A DNA stretch of 64,000 bases from Candidatus Latescibacterota bacterium (GTDB taxonomy: Bacteria; Latescibacterota; UBA2968; GCA-2709665), in the NCBI GenBank assembly GCA_965219455.1, contig OZ244744.1, positions 3,104,001 to 3,168,000 of the forward strand. Reading direction: 5' to 3'. Numbering within the stretch: the stretch's first letter is position 1; every line of letters begins with the position of its first letter. The position numbers and the translations under genes are program-made. Below, piece after piece: positions 28,913-38,907 of the stretch. The notes beneath the pieces were generated by a model that saw only the letters and a list, made by a program, of their open reading frames with translations, did no database searches and had not been told where the DNA came from.

Positions 28913-30312
28913 GCCCGGAATACGACGTCCTCGTCCAGTGGAAACACAGACCGCCGGATCCGTTCATAGGGCAACGTCTCCAGCGCGAGGGTCGTACACC
29001 CAGGGCTGATCGCCATTATGGCCGTCCCTGCTATCTCCCGCAGTTCGGGTGCGAGATATCCGTGTTTCACAACCACGATCTCGTGTTCCGAGGGATTCAC
29101 GTTCGCCATTTCAAAGCTTCGCAGATCCAGGAACGGCATGCGGTCGGCCGTTAGAACCACCCTTACGCCACCCACCTGGAACACGACAATCCGCGGCGGA
29201 TTCATCGAGATTACGCGGCCGGTGACCTCCAGAGGAAATCCGTTGACCCTGTCGAGCTTGCCGCCCACCGTCAGGGTCAGCTCGGCGCCTGTTCCCGCTT
29301 CGATACATCGCGCCACGGACTCGGCATCGGCGATCCCCGCCACAACCGCATCTCTGGCGCCGGCCTCAAGCAGCGTCTTCAGGACCAGGGTGACATCGCC
29401 CGCCGCGCCGGCCGTCACATTGTCTCCCGAGTCGGAAACAAACACGGGGTGCCGGGTCTCGCGGACGGCACACCTTATGACATCTTCCACCGGCATCGTC
29501 CGCACATCCGGCGCGAATCGCTCACGCGTTCGCCAGATTTCCAGCGCCAGGCGTTCAGCGTGTTCCCCGGCTACCGACCGATTCTCCGAAACCACAATTG
29601 TGGCCACGGACGTAAAGGGCGAATCCGTCCACGCGCACCCGATCATAATCGACGCGTCAATAACCTCGGGCCGCGCTTCCAGCGTCTGAAGTCCGCTGTA
29701 AAGGGACCGTGCGGGTTCCACTCCCGTTGCCGCGTGTTCACCCGGAAGCAGCATGGGCAGTCTGACAATGGCATTAACGGGGCGGAGATTCTCTCTCACA
29801 CAGCGGATGAGATGTCCAATTGCCCGCCTTTGCGTCTCGGTTCGGTCCACGTGGGGCGCGGTCCTCAGCGCCGTCAGCACATCGGTCTTCTCCACGACCT
29901 CGGGCGCGAGATTGGCGTGCAGGTCCAGACTGGCGACGATCGGAATATCGCCGCCTACCGTCTCGCGCACACGGCAAACCAGGTCGCGTTCGCCGTCGCC
30001 CACGCCTTCCACCTCCATTGCGCCGTGCAAATCCAGGTACACGCCGTCCACCGGCGATGCCCGACGCAAGCGATCCACCAACTCGGCCGCCATCGACTCG
30101 TACGTGTCCCGGAGAACGAGCCCATGGGGCTGCGCCCTGGCAACCAGCGTCGGCGCCCATTCAACGTTGTCAAACGCCTGCCAGGGTCTATCAGCCAGAA
30201 TCTCGTTCCCGCGCAAGACGTGAAAATCCTCGATTCCAGCCCGTAACGCCGAAAATGTGTTCGTTTCATGCCTGATTCCGCAGATCGCCAGCCGCATTTC
30301 ACAATTTCCCAT
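28909..30312 (-). CDS. MlrC-like M81 metallopeptidase
   Basis: HETNTFS, LDLHGAM, DGE, LDLHAN, RTAPHVD, DSGDN..AG, VVK.GY. Confidence 0.9.
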   Translation of the reverse strand: MGNCEMRLAICGIRHETNTFSALRAGIEDFHVLRGNEILADRPWQAFDNVEWAPTLVARAQPHGLVLRDTYESMAAELVDRLRRASPVDGVYLDLHGAMEVEGVGDGERDLVCRVRETVGGDIPIVASLDLHANLAPEVVEKTDVLTALRTAPHVDRTETQRRAIGHLIRCVRENLRPVNAIVRLPMLLPGEHAATGVEPARSLYSGLQTLEARPEVIDASIMIGCAWTDSPFTSVATIVVSENRSVAGEHAERLALEIWRTRERFAPDVRTMPVEDVIRCAVRETRHPVFVSDSGDNVTAGAAGDVTLVLKTLLEAGARDAVVAGIADAESVARCIEAGTGAELTLTVGGKLDRVNGFPLEVTGRVISMNPPRIVVFQVGGVRVVLTADRMPFLDLRSFEMANVNPSEHEIVVVKHGYLAPELREIAGTAIMAISPGCTTLALETLPYERIRRSVFPLDEDVVFRA

Positions 30313-30368
30313 TCATTGACCCGTGGGTACGGACCATCGACCATCTTGCCGGTATTCCATCCCTGACG

Positions 30369-32783
30369 TCAAATGCGCACCACCTGTTCCGCTTCGATCT
30401 GCAAGATCCGTACTCTCCGGTCTTTCAGAACGCTCGCCTCCACCCTTCGTCCCGCTTCATTGGTGATATACGCGCCGCCGGCAGGGACCGCTTCGATCCG
30501 AATATCCCCATCGGTCCGGACCTTCATCACTTCCCTCGCGTAGACGGCCTCTCCGCCCTCGATGGGCATGGCATACTCGACGCGCTGTCCTGTAACGCGC
30601 GTTGTGCTTCCAAAAACCGGTACCGGATTCCCGACTCCGGTCTCAAACGCGCATATCTTCCGCTTCGATCCGAAATTGCCGGCGCACAGATATCCGTCCA
30701 CAATCAGACAGACTGTATCTTCCGGGGATTCGGCTATTGTCAGGAACTGGGCCGGCGTTTCCTCGTGCGGCTGCTCGGGACAAATCAGCAAGGCGAGCGC
30801 GCCCACCCGCTCGCCCGCGCGGTATGCCTTCGCCGTGTCGTCCAGGCTCAGGAACAGATCGTCGGCGACCGCCCTGAAGGCAAAGGGCGGGAAATAGTGA
30901 CGGTTCAGATAGCGGGTTCCGCCCGTCCCCTGGAACACAATCCCCAGCTGATCGTCCACGTTCAACCAGCCCGGGTCGCGCATATCAAACACGACGTCGT
31001 CGTCGGGGTCATTGCTCGGAAACCCGGGAAACGTCTCCTTTCCGTGCGGATGATAGAGAATACGCTTTCCATCGCACACCCCGCCAACCAGCGGGAAGTT
31101 TTCGTTGACGACCCTGATGAATCCCTGATCCAATTTCTCCACCGTGCAATCCCGAAGCGCCTCGAGTCGTTCACTGCAAACCATGCGTCCATCCGGAAGC
31201 GAGCAACACAGCACGCGCTGGCGAATCGTATCCTGGGCCCGGTCGTTTTCCATCAGCGCCGCGAACCCGTCGTCCTTACGATTGATCCACATGACACGAA
31301 GATTGTGGCTGCCGGGCCGATCCTTTACCGTTACGTTGGCCAGCAGACTCCACCGGCTGGGTCCCACCGTATGCACGCCGTCGCGGGTAAACGGCAGCGC
31401 CATCACGTAGTTTCGCCAGGAAAGGGAAGTCTGCCCCTTCTGGTGTCGATGATGCACAAATCCCGAATGCGGGAACAACCGGACACCGTTGAACTTTGTT
31501 GCAATCTCCGCTTCGGGCGTCGGCGCCGGCGCCTCTCCATCCATCAACCGATGCAGAAGGTAGGGTTTCACGATCCCTTCGATCATCTCCGACTCCTTGA
31601 TTTCCATGGGATCTTCCACCTCGTGGCACGTGGCCGCAACGTCGGGATCGATCAACCGCCCTCCGTTTCCTTCCTGTTTTCTCTCTCGAAGCGCCAGCGA
31701 TACCTCCTCGAAGTACCCGGCATCCGGATCCTTCAGAAACAGGTATGCCGAAGCGTGCAACGCGTGTTGTTCCCCGAGATAAAGGCGGTCCATCCCCTGT
31801 GTCGGCATCGCCGATCCCGTTTCATCCGTCAGCAGCTTGATCGCATCGTAGACCCGCTGACGGTTCCAGTAGGCCTCCTGCGGTTCGGTCCGTCCGTACA
31901 TGCGGTAGAGCAACCCCAGACCGGCCACCGACTGCACGCCGGAGGCGGTGTAACCGGGGTGGACCATACCGTGGTTCTCGGCCATGTAGTCCGGCAGCGT
32001 GGTGAATGTCTTCCCTGTGAGCGCTGCGGCCGTCAACCCGGTTTCCAGCGCTCCTTCGTCGAACCGGTCCTGCGGGGCGGAGCAGGCGGAAAACATCCAA
32101 CGCCGGGCGCATGCTTCCCACGCTTCTGCCCGCTCGTGTCCGGACAGAAACAGATAGCAGGCCGCCAGGCCGTGCGCCGTCCACGCGTTCTCCTCCATCT
32201 GCGTATCGGCGTAAACCCCGCTCTTTGGCGCCATTTCTCCAAACCGTTCGAGATAATCCAGGCAAATTTCCGCCAGCATCATCCGCGTTTCATCGTCCAC
32301 GTACGGCATCAACATCAGGGCCGCGGAGGTCATATTCGCAATGGTCCCGCCGCACTGGCTTTCCGGGAAAAACCCCCGGCCCTGTTCGCCCCACTTTGTA
32401 CCCCAGGACCTCGGCATTCCCAGACCGGTGGACGGCCGCAGACATTCCTCCAGACCCGTATCGTGTGTGAAACACAGGTACCTGATCGCCTTGACGACAA
32501 CTTCCCGCAGTTCGTCGATCGACAGTCCCGCGGTACTCTCATCGTATTCCGGCGACGTACTCACCGCGGCCAGGGCGTGCAACGGGACCGCCGTCTCAAT
32601 GCCGTACCAATGGACCCCGCCGAAAAAATGCCCGCAACGGGGGCGCCCGCCCCAGTCCTCAAAATAGCTCAGCGCGGTCGGAAACCACTTCTGTGCCATC
32701 CTCAGATAGCGCCGGCTCGTCGGCGTCTCGGCGGCGGGTATGCACGCACCCTCCAGTCTGGTTATCATGTCTACGGTGACCAT
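30369..32783 (-). CDS. Uncharacterised 804-aa protein, paralog of 23012-25429
   Basis: GGAGG RBS; full-length collinear similarity to 23012-25429. Confidence 0.7.
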   Translation of the reverse strand: MVTVDMITRLEGACIPAAETPTSRRYLRMAQKWFPTALSYFEDWGGRPRCGHFFGGVHWYGIETAVPLHALAAVSTSPEYDESTAGLSIDELREVVVKAIRYLCFTHDTGLEECLRPSTGLGMPRSWGTKWGEQGRGFFPESQCGGTIANMTSAALMLMPYVDDETRMMLAEICLDYLERFGEMAPKSGVYADTQMEENAWTAHGLAACYLFLSGHERAEAWEACARRWMFSACSAPQDRFDEGALETGLTAAALTGKTFTTLPDYMAENHGMVHPGYTASGVQSVAGLGLLYRMYGRTEPQEAYWNRQRVYDAIKLLTDETGSAMPTQGMDRLYLGEQHALHASAYLFLKDPDAGYFEEVSLALRERKQEGNGGRLIDPDVAATCHEVEDPMEIKESEMIEGIVKPYLLHRLMDGEAPAPTPEAEIATKFNGVRLFPHSGFVHHRHQKGQTSLSWRNYVMALPFTRDGVHTVGPSRWSLLANVTVKDRPGSHNLRVMWINRKDDGFAALMENDRAQDTIRQRVLCCSLPDGRMVCSERLEALRDCTVEKLDQGFIRVVNENFPLVGGVCDGKRILYHPHGKETFPGFPSNDPDDDVVFDMRDPGWLNVDDQLGIVFQGTGGTRYLNRHYFPPFAFRAVADDLFLSLDDTAKAYRAGERVGALALLICPEQPHEETPAQFLTIAESPEDTVCLIVDGYLCAGNFGSKRKICAFETGVGNPVPVFGSTTRVTGQRVEYAMPIEGGEAVYAREVMKVRTDGDIRIEAVPAGGAYITNEAGRRVEASVLKDRRVRILQIEAEQVVRI

Positions 32784-32816
32784 GCGTCATCGCCCTCCAC
32801 ATTCAATTAACGTGGC

Positions 32817-33614
32817 TTACAACATCCGTTCCGCCCGCCTGTAACAGATTTCTTCAAGGGTCTCGTCATCCACCGGCAACACCGCACACTTGACCCTGGC
32901 CGCCGAAGGATAGGAGAACGGAGCGTGTGTGCCGAATACGAGGTGGTCCGCGCCGCCCTGTTCGATGAAATCCGACAGATCGCCCATCTGATTCACGTTT
33001 CGACTCAATGTGTAGTGTACTTCCGCCAGGGACAGGTCGAAATACCAGTCGCGGTCCCGAATCTCCGTGCGTTGCCAGACGGGGGTGTTTGCAAGCCCTC
33101 GCGCATTCGGAACCACGATTGTCGCCCCGGAGACCGCGGCAATCAGATTCGCCACGCCATTGAGATCCACCATCCGCCCGGGGTCCATCCAGTGCCTCTG
33201 TCTGACGTCTTCGATCCGATGCGGGATGAACACCGGAAGCCCCCGCTCGGTGCATGCCGCAACGACCTTGCGGGCTTCGGGTCCGTCCACGGCGAAATCG
33301 TGATATTGCGGGAACAGCCGCGCGCCTCGCATTCCCAGGTCTTCGTGGCACCGGCGCAGATCGCCCTCCCAGTTCGGATCGGCCGCATTGATTGTCGCCA
33401 TGGCAATCAATCGGTCGGTAAACCCTTCCAGGTCCTCCGCCAGGCGTTCGTTAGCCGGTTGCACGCTTCGGTGCAATATCGCCTCGATCCGGGATACGGC
33501 GGCCGTCCCGATACCGGCCCGGTCCAGCCGACGGATCAGTGTTTCAGGCGTATTGTCCCGCAAACCCCGAAAAGGCCAGGAACCCAACCACGCATTGATA
33601 TCGACGTACCTCAT
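32817..33614 (-). CDS. Amidohydrolase-2 family protein with degenerate metal site
   Basis: DINAW in place of DxHxH; RLFPQYH; LVFGTH in place of FGTD. ATGA-coupled to the upstream gene. Confidence 0.75.
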   Translation of the reverse strand: MRYVDINAWLGSWPFRGLRDNTPETLIRRLDRAGIGTAAVSRIEAILHRSVQPANERLAEDLEGFTDRLIAMATINAADPNWEGDLRRCHEDLGMRGARLFPQYHDFAVDGPEARKVVAACTERGLPVFIPHRIEDVRQRHWMDPGRMVDLNGVANLIAAVSGATIVVPNARGLANTPVWQRTEIRDRDWYFDLSLAEVHYTLSRNVNQMGDLSDFIEQGGADHLVFGTHAPFSYPSAARVKCAVLPVDDETLEEICYRRAERML

Positions 33615-34453
33615 GCCACCGCCTCCTTCTTCGTCAAGATCGGCGCCGCGCCTTGAGCGGCCAGGATCCGCTCCGCGTTGCCCCAGAAAATCAGGTCCTT
33701 TTCCTCGTCCGTCAGCGTCGCGTCGATGACCTTCCCCACGCTGCCGGTCATGGTTCCGTCCGTGCCGAACAACACCCGGTCGGGTCCCATTTCGGCCACG
33801 GCAAGTTCGACCTGTCCATCGTCCAGATTGCTACCGCTCACGTCGCAGACCAGGTTGGGCGAGGTATCCCGCATCGCGCGAATCGTGTTTTCCCAGTCGC
33901 CGCCGCCGCCGATGTGGGCGTGGATGACCATCGCCTCCGGATACAACCGGTTCATTTCCGCGAAATGACGTCCATCGGAAATCAGCGGCTGTTGATCCAG
34001 GAATTCCCTGCCGCACACGAAGCCCGCGTGCTCCAGGAGAGGTACCCCGCGCTCGATCACCCGTTCGATAACCGGAAACACCGCCGGGTCGTTGATCCTG
34101 TACTGGTTGTAGAGTTTGACGCCGATCATCCCCGCGTCGAGACACCGGTCCACCTCGTCCACCGCCTGCCGGTAGTGCCCCGGAATCACAAAACACATGC
34201 CCCGGATATGATCGGGAAAGCGTTTCATGGCCCGCAACACCGCGTCGTTCTCCGCGCGCACTTCTTCAATAATGGCAAGCCGGCCACCCGTAATGGGTGA
34301 CGAACACCAGTATTCGGTTATACCCAGCATCTCTCCCGTCGAGATCAGCCGCTCGGCGGAAGTCGCCTCCTCCGCCTCGTTCCCCAGATTCCAGACGTGG
34401 CAATGCACGTCGATCTTGGGCCGGCGGAGCCACCTTTCGATATCCAGACTCAT
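33611..34453 (-). CDS. Amidohydrolase-2 family protein
   Basis: IDVHCH, GVKL, LEHAG, HAHIGG, RVLFGTD, GNAERI. Confidence 0.9.
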   Translation of the reverse strand: MSLDIERWLRRPKIDVHCHVWNLGNEAEEATSAERLISTGEMLGITEYWCSSPITGGRLAIIEEVRAENDAVLRAMKRFPDHIRGMCFVIPGHYRQAVDEVDRCLDAGMIGVKLYNQYRINDPAVFPVIERVIERGVPLLEHAGFVCGREFLDQQPLISDGRHFAEMNRLYPEAMVIHAHIGGGGDWENTIRAMRDTSPNLVCDVSGSNLDDGQVELAVAEMGPDRVLFGTDGTMTGSVGKVIDATLTDEEKDLIFWGNAERILAAQGAAPILTKKEAVA

Positions 34454-34514
34454 TTCACATCCTCCGTAAGTTTGAAAGCGATAAAAGTGCCTCGCCTGTA
34501 AGGCCGACCTCTCA

Positions 34515-34858
34515 GATGAAGCTATCAGCTATCAGCCGTCAGCTGTCAGCTAAAAACGAAAGGCAAGATCAAAGTCCAACCTCTCCTCCCAGCCCCGAAG
34601 ACCTCTCCCCCCGGCCCCCTCTCCTAAAGGAAAGGGGGAGTAACACCTGATGTTGTGCGTTCGCGATATTTCGCCACGATTCCTTCACCAATCGAAACGG
34701 CTCCAGTCAATCAAAACCTCCATCAGTCGATCACAGTTCCCCCTTCCTCTCAGGAAGGGGGACCGGGGGTAGGTCTCGCCTGTTGCTTTTTGCGCCTTTG
34801 GAACGGGTTGGGCGGGGAGCTGACGGCTGACGGCTGACGGCTTAGAGCTGACAGCTTT
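34515..34858. repeat. Modular intergenic repeat, copy C, bounded by inverted heptad arrays
   Basis: AGCTATCAGCTATCAGCCGTCAGCTGTCAGC ... GCTGACGGCTGACGGCTGACGGC, enclosing the two purine/pyrimidine hairpins also seen at 12.8-12.95 kb. Confidence 0.85.
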
Positions 34859-36625
34859 TTATTCCCTATCCCATGGGAATACGAATGTCGGTTGATTCAC
34901 GTATCGCTTTGCGGTGACAACGAGACGGCTGCCGCTTCCGGGCGCCAGACGTAACGTGAAGAAAGGACAATCCACGGAATGGGTACTGTCGTCGGTCTGA
35001 ACCGCCGTCACCTGGTGCTCGCCGTAGGCCCCCGCCTGGACGATGACGGTCCGATGATCCACCGGATTCACGTTCACCAGAGACACCGTGACCGTCTCGT
35101 CCGTCATCCCCTCCACGAGCGCCGCCACGTCCTCGGGTATCCCCGCCCGCTGGCGTACGGGGTCGAAATATCGCAAACGGCAATGCAGCGCCTCGCCGTA
35201 TCGGGGGGTCAATCCGCCCAGCATCAACTGGGTCAGACAGCTATTGATGGCCGGGTTGTACCGCAGCGTATCGTCCGACATCCGGGTATCGGGCGTGCTG
35301 GTATCCCGACACATGCCGTTCACCTTTTCACGGATTGAGGCAAATTCCCGGCGCAAGGCGGCCTCCGCAAATCCCTCGTTTTCCCCATCCAGAAACTTCA
35401 GCCATGCGTTCCCGGGAACGTATTTCAGATCGTCCCGATCCATTGACCAGTAGTAAACGTCCAGCGCACCCTGGCTGTACGGCGAGTCCTCATAGGCGTA
35501 CCAGCCGTCGTCGCCATACATGTGCGGGTACCTGGTTCTGCCATCCACCGTCCGGGAATTGGCATTTACCGTGGCGAGCATCCTGCGCCATACGTCCACG
35601 TATTTCCGTTGGCCCGTCAGCAACAGCGCGTTGCCGAAGCCCGCGACACCCCGGTATGTCGCGTTCCGGTTTGATAGCTCACCCGTTTGCGGCACGACCA
35701 CCGTGAACCCCCAGCCGTAACACCCGCCATACCACTTTCCATCGCACTCGCCACCGATCGTGCCGTCCAAACCGATATTGCTGGGAAGAATCCCGTTGTT
35801 CACGGCCGCCCTTTCCGCCCAGGCACCCACATAGTCCACCACCCACTCCTTGTATTTCTTCTCTCCAGCCACCATAAACGCGTTCAGACCCAGCGTGGTG
35901 GCCGCCAGATTGATGGGATGGTCGCCAACCACGTCCGTGTAATCCTCGAAATGCGCCAGCATCTCCTCGAAATTGCGCTCTCCATGCGCCGGGTCGAATC
36001 GTCCCTCCACTTCGATTGGATCTCCCGCCCAGTCCAGCGCCGTCGCCTTCCGGAGCAGGGGCCCACGGCTTCCGGTAAACAGACTGCGGATGATCTTATG
36101 CTCCGGATCGTAATTCCTGGCCTGCGGGTCCTCATCCATATAGAGCCCCGCGTACCGGCGCGCACGGTGCTGAAAGCTGATATCGTATGGATCCGACAAT
36201 CCCTGTAAATTGAAGACGGCCAGGCTTTCACCGTGGTGGAACCAGTCCAGGCTGACCGGAAACTCCTTATATATCATCCCATCCCGGGCCAGCGGCACCT
36301 CCACGGTTTTCGCCTCCGTATATTGCAACAGGTGTCCCTCCCACCCCAGCTTGTACATGTTCAGAATGCAATCCGGCGCACCCGCCGCGTGGAGAATCGG
36401 CCAACCCGTCAGATTCTCGATCGCGTCGTCCGGCCCGTCGTTACCACCCCAGCGGGGTACGCACTGGAGATAACCCCGCGAGTCAAAGTACCGGTTGAAG
36501 AATTCTTCGCACGCGCGCGTCTGCGACCGGATTAACGCCCTTTCGAGCAACGCCCATTCCGGCGGCGGCATGGGCGTCTCGATCGACACGGTCAACGCAT
36601 TTGGATTCACCTTGGACATGGCCAT
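34859..36625 (-). CDS. Hypothetical protein (588 aa)
   Basis: AAAGGA RBS; motif-like RWGGNDGPDDAIEN and DWFHHGE. Function not recognised. Confidence 0.75.
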   Translation of the reverse strand: MAMSKVNPNALTVSIETPMPPPEWALLERALIRSQTRACEEFFNRYFDSRGYLQCVPRWGGNDGPDDAIENLTGWPILHAAGAPDCILNMYKLGWEGHLLQYTEAKTVEVPLARDGMIYKEFPVSLDWFHHGESLAVFNLQGLSDPYDISFQHRARRYAGLYMDEDPQARNYDPEHKIIRSLFTGSRGPLLRKATALDWAGDPIEVEGRFDPAHGERNFEEMLAHFEDYTDVVGDHPINLAATTLGLNAFMVAGEKKYKEWVVDYVGAWAERAAVNNGILPSNIGLDGTIGGECDGKWYGGCYGWGFTVVVPQTGELSNRNATYRGVAGFGNALLLTGQRKYVDVWRRMLATVNANSRTVDGRTRYPHMYGDDGWYAYEDSPYSQGALDVYYWSMDRDDLKYVPGNAWLKFLDGENEGFAEAALRREFASIREKVNGMCRDTSTPDTRMSDDTLRYNPAINSCLTQLMLGGLTPRYGEALHCRLRYFDPVRQRAGIPEDVAALVEGMTDETVTVSLVNVNPVDHRTVIVQAGAYGEHQVTAVQTDDSTHSVDCPFFTLRLAPGSGSRLVVTAKRYVNQPTFVFPWDRE

Positions 36626-36669
36626 TCCTTTCGATCAACAAAACGTCTGATTGCTGAATCATGGAGTTT

Positions 36670-37760
36670 CCACCACCCCCAAATGTCCCCTATTCCCTTG
36701 CCCTTTTTCTTGCTTCGCCCAAGAAAAAGGGCGAAAAAGAAGGGCGCCGCTCGGCGCGGGGCCGGTTTTTCCGTGAACCACCTCGAGGGCCCAAATGGGA
36801 ATGGGTTGCCCTTTCACCGGACTAGCCCATCCCGAACTATCTTGCCGGACGGAATAGCACGGAAAAACCCCCAGCTCCACCACCGTTCGCTCGATAGGAC
36901 TGCTCGATGTACTGTTCAATAGTGATGTTGTACCTTCAAGCGCGGTATCTGCCTCCACCCGCGTAGCGGATGACCTGTTGTACCGGCGATTCTTCGGGAC
37001 AACAGGGGACGCCTGGTTTTGGCGTTCGAGGCTGATGGTGAGCGGTGCGCTTCATGCCGCGAACAATCCACGTCCCACCGCGTCCATATTGTATTCGTAG
37101 GGGCAACCCTTGTGGTTGCCCGTTTTTCGATTGTTTCCCTTTGTGCCTTTGTGTCTCCGTGTGAGCCTTCTGTGTCGCGTCGCCGGACATGGCGAGAGAT
37201 CCTCCCCTTTTCCTTTAGGAGAGGGGGACGGGGGGAGAGGTTCCCGCGCCCGTCGTGAGATTGCCATCGCCAGTCCGTACGGCGATCTGCCTTTTGCCTT
37301 TCGTTTTTAGCTGACAGCTTACGGCTGAAAGCTGATCGCTCTGTCCGAGAGGGGGCCGGGGGGAGAGGTCTGCGCCCTTCGCGGTCGTCGACATAATAGC
37401 GCTGACGTCAACTGATTCGGTTTTTGGTTTTGGCTGATAGCTCGCCTCCAGATAGCCATTCGGTTATCGAACGCGATGCCTGTCAAGAACACTTCCAGAG
37501 CAGAGCGCGTGGTTCCGTTAAGCAGCGACGATCGGTGTTCAGCCGAGGCTGGTAGGGCAATGTCCGACGTGCATCCAGTGAGGGTATTCGCGCTGTGCAT
37601 ATGGCAGGCCCCGCGCCCAGCGGCGACTTTTGGTTCCTTTTGGTCGTTTCAAAAGGAACACGCCGTAGGCAGGGAATCTGGGGAGATGTGGATGTTGAAT
37701 TTGAATCTCGTCTTTTTGTTCAAGCTGAATGCTGAAAACTGACCGCTGATAGCTGCCTTT
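36670..37760. repeat. Composite intergenic element, copy D (longest)
   Basis: Same module order as copy B, plus a GTAG-type REP (GTAGGGGCAACCCTTGTGGTTGCCC at about 37097) and CTTTTGGTTCCTTTTG..CAAAAGGAAC at about 37627. Confidence 0.85.
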
Positions 37761-37846
37761 CGACAAATCGCCGTATAATAGGCAATCGGAACCCCGGATA
37801 CAACGCAAAAGGACGTGGCCCGACGGTGCGCAGTGGAAGAAAATTC

Positions 37847-37875
37847 TTGACTGGCAAACCCACTTTTTCTATTTT
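37847..37875 (+). promoter_or_regulatory. Sigma70-type promoter of the his leader
   Basis: TTGACT (37847), 17 nt, TATTTT (37870). Confidence 0.65.
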
Positions 37876-37884
37876 AATGACGCT

Positions 37885-38034
37885 ATGAAACCACTGAAAA
37901 ACAATGCGGCCATTCCCCAAAAACCCAACGACATTCCAACGGGGATTCCCTACGCCCATACGGCCCATCGCCATACCCATCATAACGGTTCCGCGACCCT
38001 TCGCGAAACGTGCTCGGCGGTGGACCAGTCCTGA
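37885..38034 (+). CDS. hisL: His-rich attenuator leader peptide (49 aa)
   Basis: MKPLKNNAAIPQKPNDIPTGIPYAHTAHRHTHHNGSATLRETCSAVDQS*. Five CAT codons within nine codons, upstream of a terminator and his genes. Below the ORF-track cutoff. Confidence 0.8.
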   Translation: MKPLKNNAAIPQKPNDIPTGIPYAHTAHRHTHHNGSATLRETCSAVDQS

Positions 38035-38086
38035 AATTTGAGTTTAGGAAACAAAAGCCCGCTGTCGAGAGACAGCGGGCTTTTTT
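38013..38086 (+). terminator. Attenuator: intrinsic terminator and competing antiterminator
   Basis: Terminator AAAAGCCCGCTGTC-GAGA-GACAGCGGGCTTTTTT (38053-38086). CTCGGCGGTGG (38013-38023) can pair over 11 bp (3 G-U) with CCGCTGTCGAG (38059-38069). Confidence 0.85.
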
Positions 38087-38165
38087 AATGGGTGGCGGCG
38101 ATGAGCGGATTCGCCGATGACGGCAATCTCACTGGTTTGGCTTATTTTCGACAGGTGACTGAGAA

Positions 38166-38888
38166 ATGGCACACAATGACGACGCATATGGACGGATGAT
38201 GTGGGACTTTCATCGCGGCATACCCGCGCAGGAAATCGTGGAACGTGAAGATGGATGTATTTCTGCCGGCAAGTCGAGTGATTATTTCAAGCCCTTTTGC
38301 GACTGGCCGCCTCACCAGCAGGAGTCGATGAACTATGTGTCAGGACGCGTACTGGATATTGGCTGCGGGCCCGGCCGGCATGCCATCCACCTTCAACAGA
38401 AGGGATTTGACATTCTGGGCATCGACGCCTCGCCCTTGGCGGTCAAGGTGGCCCGGGAGCGCGGTCTGAAGAAGGCCAGCGCTCTGAACGTCACGCAGAT
38501 TTCCTCCCGGCTCGGTCAGTTCGACACCCTGCTCATGATGGGCGCCAATTTCGGTCTTTTCGGCAATTTGAAACGCGCCAGGTGGCTGTTGCGAAAAATG
38601 CGCAATATGACGTCTTCGGGCGGGAGGATTATCGCCGAATCCCGGGACCCCTATACCACCACGAGCAAAGCGCATCTGGATTATCACGAATCGAACCGGA
38701 GGCGCGGCAGGTTCTCGTGCCAGCTCAGAATCCGGATTCGGTACGAACGACATATCGGCGCCTGGTTCGATTACCTCATGGTGTCCCGAAAAGAGATGGC
38801 ATTCATCCTGGAAGACACCGGTTGGCGGATTTCGAAATTCGTTCCTGAAACGGGAACCGTATACGTCGCGATCATCGATAAAGCCTGA
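38166..38888 (+). CDS. Class I SAM-dependent methyltransferase
   Basis: VLDIGCGPG, GIDAS, FDT, GGRII. Confidence 0.9.
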   Translation: MAHNDDAYGRMMWDFHRGIPAQEIVEREDGCISAGKSSDYFKPFCDWPPHQQESMNYVSGRVLDIGCGPGRHAIHLQQKGFDILGIDASPLAVKVARERGLKKASALNVTQISSRLGQFDTLLMMGANFGLFGNLKRARWLLRKMRNMTSSGGRIIAESRDPYTTTSKAHLDYHESNRRRGRFSCQLRIRIRYERHIGAWFDYLMVSRKEMAFILEDTGWRISKFVPETGTVYVAIIDKA

Positions 38889-38907
38889 CCGGTTCTCAAT
38901 CCTAAGC

